From a virus (Duplodnaviria > Heunggongvirae > Uroviricota > Caudoviricetes): a DNA stretch of 6,839 nt. This document shows positions 1 to 6,839 of this stretch, piece after piece (positions within the stretch are counted from its first letter, which is position 1; the number at the start of each line of letters is the position of its first letter). Position numbers and translations under genes: made by a program. The stretch lies in the IMG/VR virus record IMGVR_UViG_2695420687_000002; one strand, given 5' to 3'. The notes under the pieces were generated by a model that saw nothing but the letters and a program-made list of their open reading frames with translations, was not told the origin of the DNA and made no database searches.

Positions 1-355
1 TCTGATCAAACAGGGAAGACAGATCCAGTGTGTTATTCTCACCTGTGGCTTTATTAAGGATATCAATCCGAACGCGGGACAGGACAACCCGCGCATTACC
101 CAGCCTGATTACGGGCAAATCCCCCCGGTTAACCTTGATTCTGGCCTGCGGATTTTTGACCGTGGCCCTTTTCAGCCTGGCCCTTTCCTTTACCAGTTTC
201 CGACGTACCTTTGTCTCACGGGCAACCTGTGACGCCGACTGCGATATCGCGGATGAAGCAACGCGGTTAATGGCCATTGCGGCGGCACCAGGCACCGCCG
301 TTTTGCTGATACGGCTGAGGTTTTCAACGGCCTGCTCAAGACCTTTTATGGCCAT
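1..355 (-). CDS. Z: Tail completion protein Z, N-terminal 118 codons (gene runs off the window edge)
   Basis: ATG at 355-353 (minus) preceded by AAGGTGG; my translation begins MAIKGLEQAVENLSRISKTAVPGAAAMAINRVASSAISQSASQVAR, matching lambda gpZ N-terminus as I recall it; frame open to position 2. Absent from the ORF track because it lacks a stop inside the window. Confidence 0.9.
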   Translation of the reverse strand, partial: MAIKGLEQAVENLSRISKTAVPGAAAMAINRVASSAISQSASQVARETKVRRKLVKERARLKRATVKNPQARIKVNRGDLPVIRLGNARVVLSRVRIDILNKATGENNTLDLSSLFDQ

Positions 356-366
356 ACATCCACCTT

Positions 367-720
367 TCAGCGGCGACGGTTAACGGCAGGCGGTCCCCCC
401 CGCCCAAGCCAGAGATGACAGCTTCCGCCATCATCCGGCGTAACCCGATCTACCCAGAAGTTTTCCTCACCGATGGTCAGCGTGTCTCCACGCCGCAGCT
501 GCCGCACATCATCAGTCCGGACAAACAGGGACGGGCTGGAGCCTTCAACGCGCACGCCCTGTCCGGCATAGCTGATATTTTCAGGGTCATCAAAAACACC
601 ACGTATCACAGCACCGGACTGCTCACCGGATGTCATGGTGGCTGACGTTCCCATGTACCCGCGTATCGTTTCATCGGCGCGGGCAATGGCAGCATCGAAC
701 AGGTTATCGAAATCAGCCAC
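367..720 (-). CDS. FII: Head-tail connector / head completion protein FII (117 aa)
   Basis: ORF track 367..720 (MADFDNLFDAAIARADETIRGY...), recognised as lambda gpFII. The start codon in the sequence is GTG (plus 718-720 = cac), preceded by SD GGGAGG 4 nt upstream; 11-nt gap to Z, as in lambda. Confidence 0.9.
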   Translation of the reverse strand: MADFDNLFDAAIARADETIRGYMGTSATMTSGEQSGAVIRGVFDDPENISYAGQGVRVEGSSPSLFVRTDDVRQLRRGDTLTIGEENFWVDRVTPDDGGSCHLWLGRGGPPAVNRRR

Positions 721-731
721 AGCGCCTCCCG

Positions 732-1127
732 TTATTGCATTCTGGCCAGGCCATGTTCTGTCATTTCGGCTGCCACACTGGCAGAGACACGGAACGCCGT
801 TCCCGGCAGTACGAATGCCACTGGTTCATCCCGCGTGGCGTGAAGTGCAACAGTGTGCAGCGTCACCAGTGCCACGACCGTGACCAGAGCAGCCGTATCA
901 GTCACGGTATCCGGCTGCGCTGATACCACCTCATTTTCATGCCTGGTCAGCACATTTTCCTGGCTGAGAGGTGTGTCCTGACCGGCAGTGTCATCCGTGT
1001 CATCAAGCTCCTCTTCCAGCTCTGCCACACGGAGCGCCAGTTCTTCTTTCGTCCCCGTCAGGCTGACATCACGGTTCAGTTGTTCACCCAGCGAGCGGAG
1101 ACGGGCAATCAGTTCATCTTTCGTCAT
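732..1127 (-). CDS. FI: DNA-packaging accessory protein FI (131 aa)
   Basis: ORF track 732..1166; lambda-like product begins MTKDELIARLRSLGEQLNRD at the internal ATG (plus 1125-1127), preceded by GGAGAAG SD. The 13 extra N-terminal codons in the track overlap the E/FI hairpin and lack an SD. Acidic central stretch ELEEELDDTDDTAGQD. Confidence 0.85.
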   Translation of the reverse strand: MTKDELIARLRSLGEQLNRDVSLTGTKEELALRVAELEEELDDTDDTAGQDTPLSQENVLTRHENEVVSAQPDTVTDTAALVTVVALVTLHTVALHATRDEPVAFVLPGTAFRVSASVAAEMTEHGLARMQ

Positions 1128-1148
1128 GGACTTCTCCACAGAGAGACA

Positions 1149-1166
1149 ATGGCCCCGAAGGGCCAT
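1149..1166 (-). other. Perfect 7-bp GC-rich RNA stem-loop with UUCG tetraloop in the E-FI intergenic gap (minus-strand RNA: AUGGCCC-UUCG-GGGCCAU)
   Basis: Read directly: plus 1149-1155 atggccc, loop 1156-1159 cgaa, 1160-1166 gggccat. Lies 2 nt after the E stop codon and just upstream of the FI SD. No U-run follows, so it is not a canonical intrinsic terminator. Confidence 0.5.
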
Positions 1167-1168
1167 GA

Positions 1169-2194
1169 TTACGCCAGTTGTACGGACACGAACTCATCAG
1201 GGTCAGCCAGCAGCATCAGCGGTGCTGACTGAATCATGGTGAACTCACGCGCCGGATCGCCGGTGGTCACCCAGTTTTTCGGGTAACGGGCAGAGGCGTT
1301 AATGCCTTCGCGCTGTGCGTCCGCATCCTGAATGCAGCCATAGGTGCGCAGACCGCGTGCCTGAGTGTTGCCCAGCACCATCGTGTTGTCCGGCAGGAAG
1401 TTCTTTTTGACACCATTTTCCACGTACTGTCCGGAATACACGACGATGGCCACATCGCCATACATTCCCTTATAAGACACCGCTTTGCCCAGGTCTTTTA
1501 CCGCTGTCTCCAGTTCGGAATGAGAGCCGCGACGGGTATCCAGCTTCTCCCTGACGGCTTTGAAGGAACGGAACAGCGCCCAGCCTTTCGGATCAAACAC
1601 GATGATATTCACCACACCGCTGGCGTTCAGCGCGTAGGCTTCGATATCGTCGGTCGGGTCATACGTGGACTTGTCACGCTTACTCCACTCCGTGCCGCCG
1701 GACTGCGTGATGTTATTCGCCGCACTGCGACCCATATCCACCTCAACCGGATCGAAGGCTTCACCGGTCATGGTGTATTTGCCCTTAAGCACGGCAGAAA
1801 CTGCCTGCATCTCTTCCACCTGGGCAATGGCCAGCTCTTCGTCACGCATGTTCTGCATGATGATGCGACGGCGACGGTAAGCCGGGTCCGCCAGATTCTG
1901 CGGATCTTCATCCGGCAGGCGACGCAGGGTCATCTGCGGATTCACTTCATGCTTGGGTTTGACATATCCCGGCGTAAATTCAGAGGTGGAGCCGCCACGG
2001 GAGCGGATAACCTCACCGGAAACAATCGGCGAAACGTACAGCGCCATGTTTACCAGTCCCGGAATTTGTGAGAGATAGACTTTCTCCGTGGTGAAGGGAT
2101 AGCTTTCACGGAAAAAGAGACGCAGAAACAGCGGATCAAACTTAAATTTCTGCTCATTTGCCGCCAGCAGCTGGGCGGTTGTGTACATCGACAT
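1169..2194 (-). CDS. E: Major capsid protein E (341 aa)
   Basis: ORF track 1169..2221; the lambda gpE N-terminus MSMYTTAQLLAANEQKFKFDPLFLRLFFRESYPFTTEKVYLSQIPGLVNMALYVSPIVSGEV starts at the ATG at plus 2192-2194. The track start at 2221 is a GTG inside the D/E hairpin. Length 1026 nt matches lambda E. Confidence 0.95.
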   Translation of the reverse strand: MSMYTTAQLLAANEQKFKFDPLFLRLFFRESYPFTTEKVYLSQIPGLVNMALYVSPIVSGEVIRSRGGSTSEFTPGYVKPKHEVNPQMTLRRLPDEDPQNLADPAYRRRRIIMQNMRDEELAIAQVEEMQAVSAVLKGKYTMTGEAFDPVEVDMGRSAANNITQSGGTEWSKRDKSTYDPTDDIEAYALNASGVVNIIVFDPKGWALFRSFKAVREKLDTRRGSHSELETAVKDLGKAVSYKGMYGDVAIVVYSGQYVENGVKKNFLPDNTMVLGNTQARGLRTYGCIQDADAQREGINASARYPKNWVTTGDPAREFTMIQSAPLMLLADPDEFVSVQLA

Positions 2195-2207
2195 AAAAAA
2201 ATCCCGT

Positions 2208-2232
2208 AAAAAAAGCCGCACAGGCGGCCTTT
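2208..2232 (-). terminator. Intrinsic-terminator-like hairpin plus U7 tract between D and E (minus RNA: AAAG-GCCGC-CUGU-GCGGC-UUUUUUU); likely attenuator or RNA-stability/translation element rather than a full stop
   Basis: Read directly: plus 2215-2219 gccgc, loop 2220-2223, 2224-2228 gcggc, A7 at 2208-2214 (U7 on the minus transcript). The U-tract runs into the SD-less E start (…UUUUUUUACGGGAUUUUUUUAUG). Confidence 0.45.
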
Positions 2233-2249
2233 AGTGATGAAGGGTAAGG

Positions 2250-2582
2250 TTAAACGATGCTGATTGCCGTTCCGGCAAACGCGGTCCGTTTTTTCGTCTC
2301 GTCGCTGGCAGCCTCCGGCCAGAGCACATCCTCATAACGGAACGAGCCGGACTTGTAGAACGTCAGCGTGGTGCTGGTCTGGTCAGCATCAACCGCCAGA
2401 ATGCCAACGGCAGCACCGTCGGTGGTGCCATCCCACGCAACCAGCTTACGGGTGGAGGTATCCAGCATCAGCGGGGTCATTGCAGGCGCTTTCGCACTCA
2501 ATCCGCCGGGCGCGGTTGCCGTATGTGCCGGGTCACTGTTGCCCAGCGGCTGGTAATGGGTAAAGGTTTCTTTGCTCGTCAT
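2250..2582 (-). CDS. D: Capsid decoration protein D (110 aa)
   Basis: ORF track 2250..2588 ([29 protein letters not shown]...); lambda gpD begins MTSKETF, so I place the start at ATG plus 2580-2582 with SD AAGGGA upstream. 9-nt gap after the C/Nu3 stop, as in lambda. Confidence 0.93.
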   Translation of the reverse strand: MTSKETFTHYQPLGNSDPAHTATAPGGLSAKAPAMTPLMLDTSTRKLVAWDGTTDGAAVGILAVDADQTSTTLTFYKSGSFRYEDVLWPEAASDETKKRTAFAGTAISIV

Positions 2583-2591
2583 AAACATCCC

Positions 2592-3197
2592 TTACACTGG
2601 TGTGTTCAGCAAATCGTTAACGGCATCAGATGCCGGGTTACCTGCAGCCAGCGGTGCCGGTGCCCCCTGCATCAGACGATCCAGCGCAGTGTCACTGCGC
2701 GCCTGTGCACTCTGTGGTGCAGCTGCCAGAATGCGGCGGGCCGTTTCCACGGTCATACCGGGGGTTTCGGCCAGCACGCGTGCCTGTTCTTCGCGTCCGT
2801 GAGCCTCCTCACAGTTGAGGATCCCCATAATGCGACTGTTTTCTGCCGCAACCGCTGCGGTGATCTGCGCGTTCACGTCCGGCTGCGCCGCGCTGGCGTT
2901 CTCGCCCTCCGTCGCTGGCACCACGCCAGTAACGTCAGCCTGCGAAGCAGTGGCTGAAACAGTTGTTGATTGAGTCTCTTTGGTCATTCGCCCTCCTGAG
3001 AGACAGGATTTACGTGTATCCAGTGCATCACGCATGACGGTGATCGCATCGGTACTGTTAACAAGTTCATCAGCCAGTCCGGCATCAATGGCCTCCTGAC
3101 CGCTGTACACTGCAGCCTCGGTATCCAGCACAGCCTGCACGGACAGGCCGGTATATGCCGACACCTTCTGTGCAAACATCCGGCGGGTTGCATCCAT
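2592..3197 (-). CDS. nu3: Capsid scaffolding protein Nu3 (201 aa), translated in-frame from an internal start within the 3' portion of gene C
   Basis: In-frame ATG at plus 3195-3197 (minus) gives MDATRRMFAQKVSAYTGLSVQ...NDLLNTPV, which I recognise as lambda gpNu3; it shares frame and stop with C. The nested arrangement is established lambda biology. Confidence 0.8.
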   Translation of the reverse strand: MDATRRMFAQKVSAYTGLSVQAVLDTEAAVYSGQEAIDAGLADELVNSTDAITVMRDALDTRKSCLSGGRMTKETQSTTVSATASQADVTGVVPATEGENASAAQPDVNAQITAAVAAENSRIMGILNCEEAHGREEQARVLAETPGMTVETARRILAAAPQSAQARSDTALDRLMQGAPAPLAAGNPASDAVNDLLNTPV

Positions 3198-3891
3198 CCG
3201 GGACTGCAGTGTTTCCCGGACATCATCCGGTAGATGGCTGTAGGGGTTGCCATCCACCTTATGGCTGCCGCTGTAAATCAGCGTGATTTCCACACCCTGT
3301 TTCTCCAGCGCAGCACCGTAATTACTGTGAGCCATCATGACGCCGATGGAGCCTGTCCGGGCGGTCTGCGTGACCAGACGCCGGGAGGCGGCACTGGCAA
3401 GCAGCTGACCTGCACTGCAGTTCATGTCGTTGGCCAGCGCCCATACCGGTTTTATGTCACGCACACGGGCGATGATGTCAGCGCAGTCAAATGCCCCCGC
3501 CACCATTCCGCCTGGCGTATCCATATCGAGCAGAATGCCGTCCACCATCGGATCGCTGGCAGCCTGTTGCAGACGGGCGATAATGCCGTTGTAACCGGTC
3601 ATCCCCGAATACGGCTGCAGCGCCCGCGTCCGGCTGACCAGCGTGCCGGACACCGGCAGCACGGCGATGCCGTTCATGACCTGATAACTGCGGGCCTGTC
3701 GTGGTCCGTCATCATTACCAGATAACGCCAGCGTCGCGGGCGCCTCTCCGACGGTCAGGCTGTCGCCGGACACCGCATCCGTCAGGCGGCTGATCCCAAG
3801 CTGGCCGGCAAGCGCACAAAAGAAAACCCGCGCATAGGCGGGTTCAAGCATCAGCGGCTCATTAAAGGCCATGCTGGCAATATGCGGGAGA

Positions 3892-3911
<20 letters not shown>
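2592..3911 (-). CDS. C: Prohead protease / capsid assembly protein C (439 aa; S49 SppA-like serine peptidase family)
   Basis: ORF track 2592..4043; the lambda gpC match starts at VTAELRNLPHIASMAFNEPLMLEPAYARVFF, i.e. a GTG at plus 3909-3911 preceded by strong SD GGAGGAG. This gives the 20-nt overlap with the end of B and the 1320-nt length expected for lambda C. The upstream 44 codons in the track are an out-of-frame overlap with B. Confidence 0.88.
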
Positions 3912-6589
<2,678 letters not shown>

Positions 6590-6684
6590 TATTGCCCGGC
6601 ATTAAGCTGGAAAGTCCAAAAATCACCCGTAACCTTACCACTGCATGGTTTGCAAAGCGTGTAGATCACCGAGGGGGGCGCAGT

Positions 6685-6839
6685 ATGAAAAAGAGATCAA
6701 TAGGGAATTGTGTGCCAGATAAGGCGTTTACGCTTTATCTGGCAAAGTACATCTTACTGGCGGCGATGTCGCCCGTGCAGCCATCCGGCCAATATTGCAA
6801 AAATGAATCAGCCAACCAAAAATGGTATCAGTCCAAAAA
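6685..6839 (+). CDS. Possible 5' end of a non-phage gene of unknown function (open to window end; at least 51 codons)
   Basis: ATG at 6685 preceded by GAGGGGGG 6 nt upstream; frame open to the window edge (MKKRSIGNCVPDKAFTLYLAKYILLAAMSPVQPSGQYCKNESANQKWYQSK...). Weakened by the REP-like palindrome lying inside it and by my not recognising the product. Confidence 0.2.
   Translation, partial: MKKRSIGNCVPDKAFTLYLAKYILLAAMSPVQPSGQYCKNESANQKWYQSK
6713..6744. repeat. REP-like imperfect palindrome (tgccagataaggcgt-tt-acgctttatctggca), resembling enterobacterial repetitive extragenic palindromes
   Basis: Read directly: 15-nt arms 6713-6727 and 6730-6744 with one mismatch (G·U in RNA). Resembles the E. 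coli/Salmonella REP core ...GGATAAGGCGTTTACGC... from memory; not database-verified. Confidence 0.4.

Noticed and set aside
1520-2071. Plus-strand ORF of 183 aa (and a nested 71-aa ORF) antisense to E
   Set aside because: Lies entirely within the well-supported major capsid gene on the opposite strand; no RBS and no recognisable protein. Typical shadow ORF in GC-rich coding DNA.
2195-2221. N-terminal extensions of E (track start at 2221) and D (track start at 2588)
   Set aside because: The E extension starts at a GTG inside the D/E hairpin with no SD, and lambda gpE begins MSMYTT. For D the extra two codons (MF) are not excluded by sequence, but homology and SD spacing favour 2582.
3234-3725. 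Plus-strand ORF of 163 aa antisense to C/Nu3
   Set aside because: Shadow ORF inside the protease/scaffold gene; Arg/His/Gly-rich translation typical of antisense GC-rich sequence.

Overview
Almost the entire window (about 1..6589) is the head-morphogenesis module of a lambda-like (lambdoid) phage, read on the minus strand in the order A' (terminase large subunit, C-terminal fragment only), W, B (portal), C (prohead protease) with nested Nu3 (scaffold), D, E (major capsid), FI, FII and the start of Z. The proteins are near-identical to phage lambda as I recall it, with gene lengths, spacings and overlaps matching. The most notable feature is that the terminase gene is cut off near 6589-6604: its reading frame closes, all three minus-strand frames have stops, and the remaining 250 bp looks like enterobacterial host DNA (a REP-like palindrome and a partial plus-strand ORF with a strong RBS). 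This indicates a defective prophage remnant or recombinant junction lacking cos, Nu1 and the terminase N-terminal domain, yet with every downstream head gene intact. I also found two well-formed RNA hairpins in intergenic gaps (D/E and E/FI). I see no defence system, CRISPR array, tRNA or other novel system; apart from the junction this is a well-characterised gene set. All homology statements come from memory of lambda proteins, not from a database search.
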